Source: Candidatus Krumholzibacteriia bacterium
GTDB lineage: Bacteria > Krumholzibacteriota > Krumholzibacteriia > JAJRXK01
Assembly (NCBI GenBank): GCA_041484665.1
Contig: JBGPIA010000008.1
Location: forward strand, 96,001-160,000
Length of the DNA stretch: 64,000 nucleotides
Reading direction: 5' to 3'
Position 1 is the first letter of the stretch. Every line of letters begins with the position of its first letter. Shown piece after piece: positions 30,938 to 40,738 of this stretch. The notes beneath the pieces were generated by a model. That model saw nothing but the letters and a program-made list of their open reading frames with translations. It did no database searches and was not told the DNA's origin. Position numbers and translations under genes: made by a program.

Positions 30938-31912
30938 TCAGGCCACTCCCGCCGCGGCGCGGCGCTGCATCCGCTTGTCGCGCCGGCGCATTGCAAGGAT
31001 GGAAGCGGCGATCGCCAGCATCGTGATCACGCCGCCCGCGCGGACGATGGCCAGGGTCGTGGCGCTGTAACGGCCCAGCTGCGGGTCGTAGTGGAAGCAG
31101 TAGAGCATCAGTTGGTCGACCACGTTGCCGATCTTGCCGTCGGCCGCCTCCACCAGCGCCAGCCGCAAGTCCTTGGGCGGGTAGTCGATCCCGAACAGGT
31201 AGCGGGCCACCTTGCCTTGGGGCGTCAAGATCGTGATGCCGGTCGCGTGGGCGTACTGCTTGGCCTTCTCATCGTAGACGTAGCGGAAGCCCACGGCCGA
31301 GGTGAGCGCCGCGATCGACTCGGGCGGCCCCGTGAGGAAGTGCCAGCCGGCGTCGGTTCCGGCGCGGCCGAAGCTTGCCAGGTAGTTGGCCCGCTTGGCG
31401 GCGGCGAGCTGCGGCCCCTCGGCGGGGTTGAAGCTCACCACGACCAGCTCGAAGTCCTTCCCGGGATCGAACGTGAGCGGCTTGAGCGTGCTCACCACGC
31501 CGTTGAGTACCATCGTGCACAGCATCGGGCACTCGTAGTAGACCAGCGCGAGCAGCACCGGCCGCTTCCCGAAGTAGCGGCCCAGCGTGACGTCCTGGCC
31601 CAGCTCGTCCTTGAAGCGCGCGTCCAGGGGCACCTGCGCGCCCAGCAGCTGGTCGAAGCCAACCTCGCGCAGCTGTGTGGGCAGCGTGCTGGCGGGGCCC
31701 TCGCGCAGCGTCGTCGCCGACGGCAGGCGCGACGCTGGTGTCACCGGTTGCGCCCGCGCGAGCGGCCAGGGTGACGGCGCGACGGCCAGCAGCAGCGCAA
31801 TGGCCAGCCGGACGCACGCCGGCGGCGCGGCAGACCTCGGCACGGGCGCCCGCCGCAGGGGAGTGAACGGAACGCGCGCCGGGCGCGCGCAGGTCTGCGT
31901 CATGATGCTCAC
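30938..31912 (-). CDS. SCO family copper chaperone
   Basis: YYECPMLC, WHFLTG, YAHA. Confidence 0.92.
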   Translation of the reverse strand: MSIMTQTCARPARVPFTPLRRAPVPRSAAPPACVRLAIALLLAVAPSPWPLARAQPVTPASRLPSATTLREGPASTLPTQLREVGFDQLLGAQVPLDARFKDELGQDVTLGRYFGKRPVLLALVYYECPMLCTMVLNGVVSTLKPLTFDPGKDFELVVVSFNPAEGPQLAAAKRANYLASFGRAGTDAGWHFLTGPPESIAALTSAVGFRYVYDEKAKQYAHATGITILTPQGKVARYLFGIDYPPKDLRLALVEAADGKIGNVVDQLMLYCFHYDPQLGRYSATTLAIVRAGGVITMLAIAASILAMRRRDKRMQRRAAAGVA

Positions 31913-32466
31913 CAGCTTCTGGGCGCCTTTCCCTTAGCCGGGCGGCTCGCTGCGGCGCCGGGCGAGGCGCCTGCAGGGTTGGAGGCCGCCGCGGAGTCCG
32001 CTGGCGCGGGCTCGGGCCACACGGGCAGCCCCGCTCGCGCGACGATCGCAAGCGCGCTGTCGACGGGCACGCGGGCGATGCCGCGCTCGGAGTCCACCCA
32101 GCCGTACCCGCCCAGCACCCGATTCTCTTGTGTCCGCATGGCCGCCAGGTCCTGGCGCGGATCGCGCTGCAGCCTCGGCTCCGGGGGCAGACGCTGCTCG
32201 CGCGCCTCGGCCATGGGCGGCGGCGCGGGGTCGTGGGCGACCTGCTGCCGCTGGAGGGCGCCGAACAACAGCCACATCACCGCGAACGTCACCACCGCAA
32301 GCATTGCCAGCCCGATCAAGAACCCGACGACGCCGCGCACGCTCAGCTCGCGGTCGAACGCCTCCGGCTGCGGTCCGTGTGGCTGCTCGGAATGCGGGCC
32401 GGGCGGCTGGCCGGGCGGGGGGCCGTGCGGCCGCTCGGACGGCGTCGGCGCGCGGGGCTCAGCCAT
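31909..32466 (-). CDS. single-TM ACIII-associated protein (ActG-like)
   Basis: One TM segment, PPEPRLQ, YGWVD...ARVPVD; lies between actF and sco. Confidence 0.7.
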   Translation of the reverse strand: MAEPRAPTPSERPHGPPPGQPPGPHSEQPHGPQPEAFDRELSVRGVVGFLIGLAMLAVVTFAVMWLLFGALQRQQVAHDPAPPPMAEAREQRLPPEPRLQRDPRQDLAAMRTQENRVLGGYGWVDSERGIARVPVDSALAIVARAGLPVWPEPAPADSAAASNPAGASPGAAASRPAKGKAPRSW

Positions 32467-33637
32467 GGGCCGCCGCCTCCTGCAGACGCAGATTCGGGTC
32501 GTTGACCGGCAGCAGGGGCCGCTTGCGCAGCTCGTGGACGAACGCCGCGACCCACAGTCCGCCCATGGCCGCCGGCACAACGAAATCCAGCCAATGCAGC
32601 GTGTGGACCCCCAGGGCGGGCGCGGCGTGCCAGAACAGGTCGACCCAGCGCATGACGAGCACCAGCGCCGCCACCATGGACAGTCGCCGCGCGTCGCGCT
32701 TGACGGCGTGCGGCAGCAGCAACAGGAACGGCACCGCGAAGTTGAAGAGGATCAGGATGCGCGCCACGGCCTGGTAGACGCCGTGGGTACGCTCCATGTA
32801 CCAGGTGATCTCCTCGGGGATGTTGCCCGACCAGATGATGATGAATTGCGACAGGTTGAAATACCCCCACAGCATCAGGAAGGCCAGCATGAGATTGCCG
32901 TAGTCGTGGAAGTGCTGTGGCCGCAGGACGTCGCGCAGGGGCCCATGCTCGGCGAGCAGACGGGCGACCACGATCGCGAACGCAATCGCGGTCAGGGCCT
33001 GGGCGCCGATGAAGTAGATGCCGTAGATGCTGGAGAACCACCGGTCGTTCAGTGACATCAGCCAATCGACGGAGGCCAGCGTGGCCAGCAGGCAGAACAG
33101 CAGGATGCCCGGCCCACTGACCCGCTGCATGCGCCGCGCGAAGTAGGCGCCGTCGCCACCGTCCTGCCGGCGTGACAGCCGGTTGAGCAGCAGGGCCAGG
33201 CCTCCCCAGAGGGCGAAGTAGAGCGCGGCGCGGACCAGGAAGAATGGTCCGTTCAGCCATGGCGCCCGGTGCGCAAGCAGCGCGTCCTGCGCCACCTTGG
33301 CCGGGTCGGCCCACGGGTAGACCCGCCGCAGCCCCAGGGCCAGCGGCACGAACAGCACGACCATGAGTGGGAGCGTGCGCGTGGCAGCCTCGAGGATGCG
33401 CCGGATCATCATCCCCCATCCACCGCCGGTCACATGGTGCAGCATGAGCAGCGCGAGCGCTCCCAGCGGGATCGCCACCCAGAACAGGAACGAGACGAGG
33501 TAGGCGCCCACGAAACGCCCCGGATCCTGCCAGAGCCCCACGAGCGACAGGGCGGACGCCACGCCGCCGATGAGCAGCGCCCGCGCGCGCACGCGCTGCA
33601 GCCCGGCGGGGGGGGCAAAACTCTCGAGACGGCTCAC
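32459..33637 (-). CDS. actF: alternative complex III membrane subunit F
   Basis: Polytopic; DWLMSL...WFSSIYG, HDYGNL, SQFIIIWSGNIPEE. Confidence 0.9.
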   Translation of the reverse strand: MSRLESFAPPAGLQRVRARALLIGGVASALSLVGLWQDPGRFVGAYLVSFLFWVAIPLGALALLMLHHVTGGGWGMMIRRILEAATRTLPLMVVLFVPLALGLRRVYPWADPAKVAQDALLAHRAPWLNGPFFLVRAALYFALWGGLALLLNRLSRRQDGGDGAYFARRMQRVSGPGILLFCLLATLASVDWLMSLNDRWFSSIYGIYFIGAQALTAIAFAIVVARLLAEHGPLRDVLRPQHFHDYGNLMLAFLMLWGYFNLSQFIIIWSGNIPEEITWYMERTHGVYQAVARILILFNFAVPFLLLLPHAVKRDARRLSMVAALVLVMRWVDLFWHAAPALGVHTLHWLDFVVPAAMGGLWVAAFVHELRKRPLLPVNDPNLRLQEAAAHG

Positions 33638-33638
33638 G

Positions 33639-34277
33639 TCAGTGCTCCCCGGGCGGGTGCCCGCCCGCCGACGGCGCTGCGGCCGGCGCGCCGTCCGCGG
33701 CGATCGCCTGCTCGATCCGCGCGCGCTGGGACTGCGGCAGCAGACCCAGCTCCACGTGCTGGCTGAGCTGCAGCACGCGCAGGTACGCCACGATCGCCCA
33801 GCGGTCCTGCGGATGCACCTGGCTGGCGTAACCGGACATCTCGCCGAAGCCGTTGGTGATGACGTCGAAGATGTAGCCGGGGCGCGCTCCGCGCAGCCGG
33901 TCGATGTGGAAGGACGGCGGCTGCTTGAACCCGCGACGCACGATCATGCCGCGGCCGCCCCCGGTACGGTCGTGGCACGGCGAGCAAAAGATCTCGTAGC
34001 GTTCCCGCCCGCGCGCGAGCAGCTCGGCGGTCGCGGGCACGGGCAGCGTCGTGGTGAACTTGCCGTCGTTGCCAAGGCCCGCGTAGAGAGTCCGGTCTTC
34101 ACGCAGGAAGCCGCGGGGAACGGTCCCCGGGGGCAGCGGCCGCGCCGACGCTCCGTCCGCATAGAAATCGCTCGACGAATACGCCTTGTGCTTGGGCTGG
34201 TCCTTCATGTCGCGCGTGCAGCCCACCAACGCCAGCAGCCCCCCGACCAGCACGACCGCCGCCCGCTCAGTCCTCAA
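33639..34277 (-). CDS. actE: alternative complex III monoheme cytochrome c lipoprotein
   Basis: Lipobox LVGC, DMKDQPK, CSPCH, DRWAIVAY. Confidence 0.9.
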   Translation of the reverse strand: MRTERAAVVLVGGLLALVGCTRDMKDQPKHKAYSSSDFYADGASARPLPPGTVPRGFLREDRTLYAGLGNDGKFTTTLPVPATAELLARGRERYEIFCSPCHDRTGGGRGMIVRRGFKQPPSFHIDRLRGARPGYIFDVITNGFGEMSGYASQVHPQDRWAIVAYLRVLQLSQHVELGLLPQSQRARIEQAIAADGAPAAAPSAGGHPPGEH

Positions 34278-34824
34278 CGTCGGACACCTCCATCGCAGCG
34301 AGCCCCAGCAGCTGCTCGCGGGTGCCGGCGCGATCGAAGCGTGGGTCGCACGCGTCGACGAACAGGAAGTAGCTGTCGCGCGACGCCAGGGCGAAGCGGG
34401 GCACGTTGAAGAGCGGGTGGTGCGGCCGGGGCAGCCCGTTGAGCGCCAGCATCCCCAGCACGGCCGCAAAGGCCGCGAACAGGATCGTCGTCTCGAAGGT
34501 CACCACGATGAAGGAGGGCCAGCTGTCGTACGGGCGGCCGCCGATGTTCATCGGGTAGGCCTTCACCGCGGTCCAGTACTGCAGGGTGAATCCGCAGATT
34601 GCGCCCACCACCCCACCCCCAAACACGAGCCAGGGCAGGCGCGAGTGGTGCGACTCCACGATTTGGGAGAGCTCCTCCACTGGGTAGGGTGTGAAGGCGT
34701 CGAAGCGGCGGAACCCCGCGCCGCGCACCGCGGACGCGGCGCTCACCAGCTCCGCCTCCGTGCGGAACTCCGCCAGCAGCCCCACGAAGCGCGCGGGCCC
34801 GCTCTGACCCGTCGCGGCGGTCAC
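34267..34824 (-). CDS. actD: alternative complex III subunit D (DUF3341)
   Basis: DAFTPYP, NIGGRP, FETTIL. Confidence 0.9.
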   Translation of the reverse strand: MTAATGQSGPARFVGLLAEFRTEAELVSAASAVRGAGFRRFDAFTPYPVEELSQIVESHHSRLPWLVFGGGVVGAICGFTLQYWTAVKAYPMNIGGRPYDSWPSFIVVTFETTILFAAFAAVLGMLALNGLPRPHHPLFNVPRFALASRDSYFLFVDACDPRFDRAGTREQLLGLAAMEVSDVED

Positions 34825-36227
34825 CGCGGTTCCTCCGGCGGCTTGGAGGCGGGCAGGATCATGCGCATCTCGAAGATGGAGATCATGGGCAAGAACCGGA
34901 TGAACAGGAACATCAGGGAGAGGAACAGGCCGATCGTCCCGAAGAAGGTCATGAAGTCGAAGCGCGTGGGATGGTACATGCCCCACGACGACGGCAGGAA
35001 GTCGCGGTGGAGGCTGGTGACGATGATCACGAAGCGCTCCAGCCACATTCCGACGTTCACGAACATGGCGATGATGAACAACGCCGTGACGGAATTGCGC
35101 ACGCGCCGCGACCAGAGCAGCTGAACCACCAGCACGTTGCACAGGATCAGCGCGTACCACGTATAGCGGTACGGGCCGGTGACGCGGTTGAGGATCATGA
35201 ACCGCTCGTAGCGGTTTCCGCTGTACCACGCCATGAAGATCTCGACGGCGTAGCCATAGGCCACGATCAGGCCGGTGGCCAGCATCACCTTGGCCATGTT
35301 CTGCAGGTGGCGCATGGTGATGAAATCCTGCAGCCCGAACAACACGCGCAGCGGAACGGACAGGGTGATTACCATGGCGAATCCGGCGAAGATGGCCCCG
35401 GCGACGAAGTAGGGCGGGAAGATCGTGGCATGCCAGCCGGGGACTTGGGCTGCGGCGAAATCGAAGCTCACCACCGTGTGCACCGAGACCACCAGTGGCG
35501 TGGCCAGCCCCGCCAGCATCAGCGACGCCATCTCGTAGTTGTGCCAGTGGCGCGCCGAGCCCCGCCAGCCCATGGCCAAGAAGCCGTACAGCTTCTGCGC
35601 GAGGAGGCTCTGGGCGCGGTCGCGCAGCGTGGCCAGATCGGGGATCAGCCCCACGAACCAGAACAGGAGCGACACCAGCGCGTACGTCGAGACTGCGAAT
35701 ACGTCCCACATGAGCGGGCTGCGGAACTGCGGCCACAGCCCGAAGGTGTTGGGGATGGGCAACAGGTAGTAGAAGCGCCATGCCCGCCCCATGTGGATGA
35801 GCGGGAAGAGCCCCGCGCACGCCACTGCGAACAGCGTCATGGCCTCGGCAAAACGATTGATGGAGTTGCGCCACGGCTGACGCAGCAGCAGCAGGATCGC
35901 CGAAATCAAGGTGCCCGCGTGCCCGATCCCGATCCACCACACGAAGTTGATGATGTCGAACGCCCAGCCCACCGGGATGTTGTTCCCCCAGATCCCGATG
36001 CCCTTGGCGAACAGCATGGTCAGCGAGTAGAGCAGCATCATCAGGATGGCGAACGATCCGCCGAACGCGGCGTACCACCACTTCGGCGTCCCGGTCAGGA
36101 CCACCGCCGAGATCTTGTCGGTGACCGTGGCCGCGGTGTGCCCCGGCGCCATCAATGGAGGCCGAGTCGGCGGGGCGGGACGGGCTGGGTTGGGCCGGGC
36201 TGGGCCGGGAGCCGGGATCTCCGCCAC
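34821..36227 (-). CDS. actC: alternative complex III NrfD-family quinol-binding subunit
   Basis: NFVWWIGIGHAGTLISA, SPLMWDVFAVSTY, GWHATIFPPYFVAGA. Confidence 0.95.
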   Translation of the reverse strand: MAEIPAPGPARPNPARPAPPTRPPLMAPGHTAATVTDKISAVVLTGTPKWWYAAFGGSFAILMMLLYSLTMLFAKGIGIWGNNIPVGWAFDIINFVWWIGIGHAGTLISAILLLLRQPWRNSINRFAEAMTLFAVACAGLFPLIHMGRAWRFYYLLPIPNTFGLWPQFRSPLMWDVFAVSTYALVSLLFWFVGLIPDLATLRDRAQSLLAQKLYGFLAMGWRGSARHWHNYEMASLMLAGLATPLVVSVHTVVSFDFAAAQVPGWHATIFPPYFVAGAIFAGFAMVITLSVPLRVLFGLQDFITMRHLQNMAKVMLATGLIVAYGYAVEIFMAWYSGNRYERFMILNRVTGPYRYTWYALILCNVLVVQLLWSRRVRNSVTALFIIAMFVNVGMWLERFVIIVTSLHRDFLPSSWGMYHPTRFDFMTFFGTIGLFLSLMFLFIRFLPMISIFEMRMILPASKPPEEPR

Positions 36228-39200
36228 TAGCCTCCCTCCAGCTCGGGGTTGGGATTGCGCAGCTTCGCCAGGTAGGTCGTCCGCGGCCGCGTGCCCAACT
36301 CGGTCAGCAGCCCGTAGTTGAGCGGCGTGGCCTTCCAGCGCGTGACCTCCGACTGCGTGTCGTTGATATCTCCGAAGACGATGGCCTGCGTCGGGCACGC
36401 CTGCTGACAGGCGGTCACGATCTCGCCGTCCTGGATCGGGCGGCCTTGCGTCTTGGCGTTGATGCGCGCGACGTTGATGCGCTGCACGCAGTAGGTGCAC
36501 TTCTCCATGATGCCGCGCATGCGCACGGTCACGTCGGGGTTGCGCTGCATCTTGAGCGTCTCGCTGCGGCGGTCGTTGTACTCCAGGAAGTTGAAACGGC
36601 GGACCTTGTAGGGGCAGTTGTTGCTGCAGTACCGCGTCCCAACGCAGCGGTTGTAGGTCATATCGTTGAGCCCCTCGGCGCTGTGCGACGTGGCGGCGAC
36701 GGGGCAGACCGGCTCGCAGGGCGCCTGCTCGCAGTGCATGCACATCACGGGCTGGTGCAGCGCCGAGGCCTCGTCCAGGCCGCCCTCGAAATAGCGGTCG
36801 ATGCGGATCCAGTGCATCTCGCGCCCCTTGTGCACCTGCTCCTTGCCCACGATCGGGATGTTGTTCTCGGCCTGGCAGGCCACCACGCAGGCATTGCAGC
36901 CGATGCAGGCCGTGAGGTCGATGGCCAGCCCCCAGGCGTGGCCCTCGTACTTGAAGCCCGGGTACAAGGAGAGGTTCTCCTGGGCCCGGTCGGCGTCACG
37001 GGCGAAGTCGGGGTTGGACTGGTACTGGGCGAGCGTCCCGACGCGCACCAGCTCGCGCCCCTCCATGCTGTGGTGCTCCTGCGTGCAGGCCAGAGGATAG
37101 CGGCGCCCCAGCGGCGTCACGGCGATCCCCGCGGCGATCCACGGGGCCCCGGCAGTGCGCAGCGCATACGCGTTGAAGCCGCAGCCGTTGCCCACCCGCC
37201 CGGCGCGGGTGCGCCCGTAGCCCAGGTGGAGCGTGATGGCGCCATCGGCTTGCCCGGGCAGCACCCAGACGGCCACGGCCAGCCGGCGCTCGCCGCTGCG
37301 CAGCTCCACCAGGTCCTCGTTGGCGACGCCCAGCCGCTGCGCGGTCGCGGGGCTCAGCAGCGCCGCGTTGTCCCAGGTGAGCTTGGTCAGAGGCTTGGGG
37401 CACTCCTGCAGCCACCCGTTGTTCGCGTGGCGTCCGTCGTGGACAGTGGGATCGGGCCGGAAGATCAGCGCCAGGCCCGCACCCAGCGCCGCAGAGTCCG
37501 AGAGCCTTGCTACGGCCTGCGCGATCCCGGCCGACTGCACCGCCGCGGCGCGGGGCAGAAGCGCCGTCCCGGCGAGCACGCCATCGTGGACTGCCTTGCG
37601 CCAGAACGACTCGAAGTCGGCCGTGGCTCGCGGCTGTGCCCGCCAGTGCTCGCGCACCAGGTCATAGTCCGTCGCATCCGGGCGCTCCAGCAGACAAGCG
37701 AGGACGCCGTGCGCGGAGCGGCCGTCGTAGAGCGGCTCGATCAGCGGCTGCACGATCGTGACCGTGCCGTCGAAGGCCCGCGCGTCGCTCCAGCTCTCCA
37801 GCGCGTGCGTCTCGGGCAGGTGCCAGTGGCAGTAGTCGGACGTCTCGTTCTGGTGGAGCCCCAGGTGCACGCGCAGCGGGACCTTCTGCATCGCCGTGGT
37901 GAAGTCCAGATCGACGGGCGCGTCGTACACGGGGTTGCCCCCCAGCACCACCAGCAGGTCGATCTTTCCCCCCGCCATCTCCGCCACGAGACGTTGTAGG
38001 GAGTCCAGCTGGTCCTCGGGCTGGGCCTCGACCGCATCGGTGAGCAGCACCGTGGCGCCCAGATTGCCCAGCGCCGCGTTCATGGCGTGGGCCAGCGCGT
38101 GCAGCTCTGGCGGCGCATGCTCGCCGGCCACCACCACGCTGGCGCCGCGATGGGCCGCCAGATCGCGGGCGATCACGGCGGCCTTGGCCGACAGCGGCGG
38201 CGGCAGATCGGGCGGCGCAGCGGCGCCTGCCACCCCCAGCTGGGCGGCCAGCGCCAGGACGAAGCCGTCCAGCTGGGCGGGCGCGAGCGCGAGCCGATGG
38301 TCGGCCACCGTGCCCGAGCTGGTGGGCGTGCTCTCGACGCAGTAGAGGCGGCTCATCGCAGCGCCAGCGACCCGCGCGCGCCGCGTCGACATGAAGTCCC
38401 GCGCGTAGCGCACGGCGGCCGGTCCCTCACACATGAAGTCCGCGTCGAGGGCGACCACCACGCGGGCCCGGGTGAAGTCGTAGCGCGCGTCGGTCCAGTC
38501 GCCAAACGCCATTCTGGCGCCCACGCGCGCGCCGTGACGGCCGGCCGGCTCGTACTGGTGCCAGCGCGCCTTCGGATAGCGCGCGAGCAGCTCGCGGATT
38601 TGCGCCGCCAAGGTCGGCGAGGTGATGGTGGTGGTCAGCAGGCGCAGACCGGCGCCCTGCAGCCCCTTCTGTGCGGTCAGGGCGCCCGCAAGCTCGGCCA
38701 GGAACGTCGTCCACGAGCGGATCTCGCCGAGGGAGGTGGGCGTCTTTGAGCGATCGGGATCGTAGAGCGTCAGCACCGACGCCTGCGCGAACAGGTCGGT
38801 CGAGCCCAGGCTCGCCGGATGATCGGGATTGCCCTCGACCTTGGTGGGCCGCCCTAGGTGGCTCTCCACGAGCACGCCCATCGCGTAGCCGCCGGCCGGT
38901 ACCGCGGTGGCGAAGTAGAGCGGCTTGCCGGGGATGATCTCCTCGGGCTGCTTGACGTAGGGAACGATCTTCTCCAGCGGCTGGCGCGCGCAGGCCGCGA
39001 GCCCGGCCAGCGCGAACGAGGCACCCATCAACTGCAGGAAGCGCCGCCGCGAGAAATCCGCCTCCATGCCGACTGGCAACAGCGACGGGAACTCGCGCTG
39101 AACCAGCTCCTGGAACTGCTCGGTCTGCGCCAGCTCGTCGAGGCTGCGCCAGTAGGCAGGGCCCTGTTGCGCCGCCAGACGCTCGCGCACGGCGGACAGA

Positions 39201-39385
39201 TCGAGGCGGCGCGGCGCATCGGTGTCGGCGGGCAGGCACGTCGGCGGACCGGTCGGGGGGCCGGTCGGCGGACTGGCCGGGGCGCCGGTCGGCAGGCCGG
39301 CGGACCCGCTACCGGCCGGGCTCTCGGGCGGGCGCAGCGGGTCGTGCTGATGATGCTGCAGTGCGGCCTCGCCGAGCGGCTCCAC
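36227..39385 (-). CDS. actB: alternative complex III subunit B (molybdopterin-oxidoreductase-like plus Fe-S domain, TAT-variant signal)
   Basis: YWRSLDEL...SRRRFL...[32 protein letters not shown]. Confidence 0.95.
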   Translation of the reverse strand: MEPLGEAALQHHQHDPLRPPESPAGSGSAGLPTGAPASPPTGPPTGPPTCLPADTDAPRRLDLSAVRERLAAQQGPAYWRSLDELAQTEQFQELVQREFPSLLPVGMEADFSRRRFLQLMGASFALAGLAACARQPLEKIVPYVKQPEEIIPGKPLYFATAVPAGGYAMGVLVESHLGRPTKVEGNPDHPASLGSTDLFAQASVLTLYDPDRSKTPTSLGEIRSWTTFLAELAGALTAQKGLQGAGLRLLTTTITSPTLAAQIRELLARYPKARWHQYEPAGRHGARVGARMAFGDWTDARYDFTRARVVVALDADFMCEGPAAVRYARDFMSTRRARVAGAAMSRLYCVESTPTSSGTVADHRLALAPAQLDGFVLALAAQLGVAGAAAPPDLPPPLSAKAAVIARDLAAHRGASVVVAGEHAPPELHALAHAMNAALGNLGATVLLTDAVEAQPEDQLDSLQRLVAEMAGGKIDLLVVLGGNPVYDAPVDLDFTTAMQKVPLRVHLGLHQNETSDYCHWHLPETHALESWSDARAFDGTVTIVQPLIEPLYDGRSAHGVLACLLERPDATDYDLVREHWRAQPRATADFESFWRKAVHDGVLAGTALLPRAAAVQSAGIAQAVARLSDSAALGAGLALIFRPDPTVHDGRHANNGWLQECPKPLTKLTWDNAALLSPATAQRLGVANEDLVELRSGERRLAVAVWVLPGQADGAITLHLGYGRTRAGRVGNGCGFNAYALRTAGAPWIAAGIAVTPLGRRYPLACTQEHHSMEGRELVRVGTLAQYQSNPDFARDADRAQENLSLYPGFKYEGHAWGLAIDLTACIGCNACVVACQAENNIPIVGKEQVHKGREMHWIRIDRYFEGGLDEASALHQPVMCMHCEQAPCEPVCPVAATSHSAEGLNDMTYNRCVGTRYCSNNCPYKVRRFNFLEYNDRRSETLKMQRNPDVTVRMRGIMEKCTYCVQRINVARINAKTQGRPIQDGEIVTACQQACPTQAIVFGDINDTQSEVTRWKATPLNYGLLTELGTRPRTTYLAKLRNPNPELEGG

Positions 39386-39394
39386 GGCGTCCTC

Positions 39395-40045
39395 CTAGCG
39401 GTGGCAGGTCGAGCAGTAGGTGAGGCTCTGGATCTGGTACTCCTGCACCAACTCGCGCCCCAACTCCTCCTGCGCCCGCGGGGGCTGCCAGCCCATGGTG
39501 AAGATCTGCGAGCGCGGCCGGACGTAACGCTCGGGATGACGGTGGCAGTCGACACACCACTCCATCTGCAGCGAGCTCGCCTGCTGCATGAGGGGCATCT
39601 TGTCCACGCGGCCGTGGCACGTCTCGCAACCGATCCCCTTGGCAACGTGGATACTGTGGTTGAAGTAGACGAAGGCCGGCAGATCGTGAACGCGCGTCCA
39701 GCGGATCGGGAGGTTTGCGCGCAGGCTCTGGCGCACCGGCTCCAGCATCGGACTGTCGGACCAGATCTGCTTGTGGCAGTTCATGCAGGTCGCCGTAGGC
39801 GGGATCCCCGCGAAACTCGACTCCTCGACCGAGGTGTGGCAGTAGCGGCAGTCGATTCCCAGGCCGGCCGTGTGGTGGTCGTGGCTGAAGGGCACGGGTT
39901 GCTGCAGGATGACGGTGCGGCCGGTCGCATAGGACGACCGGCTCAGCTGGGCGAACACCCAAGCGACCGCGGCAAGGACGAACACAGCACCATAGATGGT
40001 GAACCGCGAGATCGCGTTGGTACTGCGATGGAAGATCTGGGCCAT
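39395..40045 (-). CDS. actA: alternative complex III pentaheme cytochrome c
   Basis: Five CxxCH motifs (CRYCH, CMNCH, CETCH, CVDCH, CSTCH) and QPVPFSH. Confidence 0.95.
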   Translation of the reverse strand: MAQIFHRSTNAISRFTIYGAVFVLAAVAWVFAQLSRSSYATGRTVILQQPVPFSHDHHTAGLGIDCRYCHTSVEESSFAGIPPTATCMNCHKQIWSDSPMLEPVRQSLRANLPIRWTRVHDLPAFVYFNHSIHVAKGIGCETCHGRVDKMPLMQQASSLQMEWCVDCHRHPERYVRPRSQIFTMGWQPPRAQEELGRELVQEYQIQSLTYCSTCHR

Positions 40046-40186
40046 CAGGGGTCGCTGCTTCGACGGGCCCTACGTGGCAGGTTGGGCGGCCGGCCCTGCG
40101 GGGCGCGTTCGGTTCGAGCAGTGCCACGCACCAGAAAGCCGGGCACTCCGGAGGGCGCGGCCGGTGCGCCCGTTCGACGGCCGCAC

Positions 40187-40215
40187 CTTGTATCACGCCC
40201 TGCCTGCCGGGTCAA
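40187..40215 (-). promoter_or_regulatory. sigma70 promoter of the act-cta operon
   Basis: TTGACC-N17-TACAAG with a TG extended -10. Confidence 0.5.
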
Positions 40216-40228
40216 CCCCCTCGCCTCG

Positions 40229-40738
40229 TCACTGGCCGCGGTCGACGTCCTGCTTGCTGTAGAACCCCAGCTCGGATGCCGTCAGCAGCTTGGTCAGGAG
40301 CGCCACCTGCCCCACGTGGTAGGAGAAATGCTCGACCACGTGCACGAGCATCGCCAGGCCGGTCTCGCTGAAGGCCTGGATGCGCCGCCGCTGGAGGAGC
40401 GAGCCGGGATCCAGGCGCACCAGGGCGGTCTCCACCGCACGGGAGGTGGTGTTGAGCTGGGCGATCAGGTCCGCCTTGCTAAGCTCGCCGCGAGCGTCGA
40501 ATTCGGCCTGACGCTGGCGCTGGTCGGGCTCCCCGCCCAACCCGTGCGCGATCCACTGACGGGCGTTGCCGCAGACGTGCAGCACGAGATTGCCCACGGC
40601 GTTGGAGGCCTCGTTGGGGCGCCACCAGACCTGCTCCTCGGTGAGCAGCTCCAGGCAGCGGCGCAGCCGTGGGATCGACTCGTCGAGCAAACGGCGGCGC
40701 GACTCCTGGACCAACGCGCGGGCAACGTCGCCGTCCAT
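40229..40738 (-). CDS. DinB/DUF1572-like metal-binding protein
   Basis: WWRPNEASNAVGNLVLHVCGN...R.RQAEF...EHFSYHVGQ. Confidence 0.85.
   Translation of the reverse strand: MDGDVARALVQESRRRLLDESIPRLRRCLELLTEEQVWWRPNEASNAVGNLVLHVCGNARQWIAHGLGGEPDQRQRQAEFDARGELSKADLIAQLNTTSRAVETALVRLDPGSLLQRRRIQAFSETGLAMLVHVVEHFSYHVGQVALLTKLLTASELGFYSKQDVDRGQ

Noticed and set aside
36227..39385. Catalytic molybdoenzyme (e.g. polysulfide or nitrate reductase)
   Set aside because: The context and fused Fe-S domain identify it as ActB, whose molybdopterin-like domain is known to lack the cofactor.
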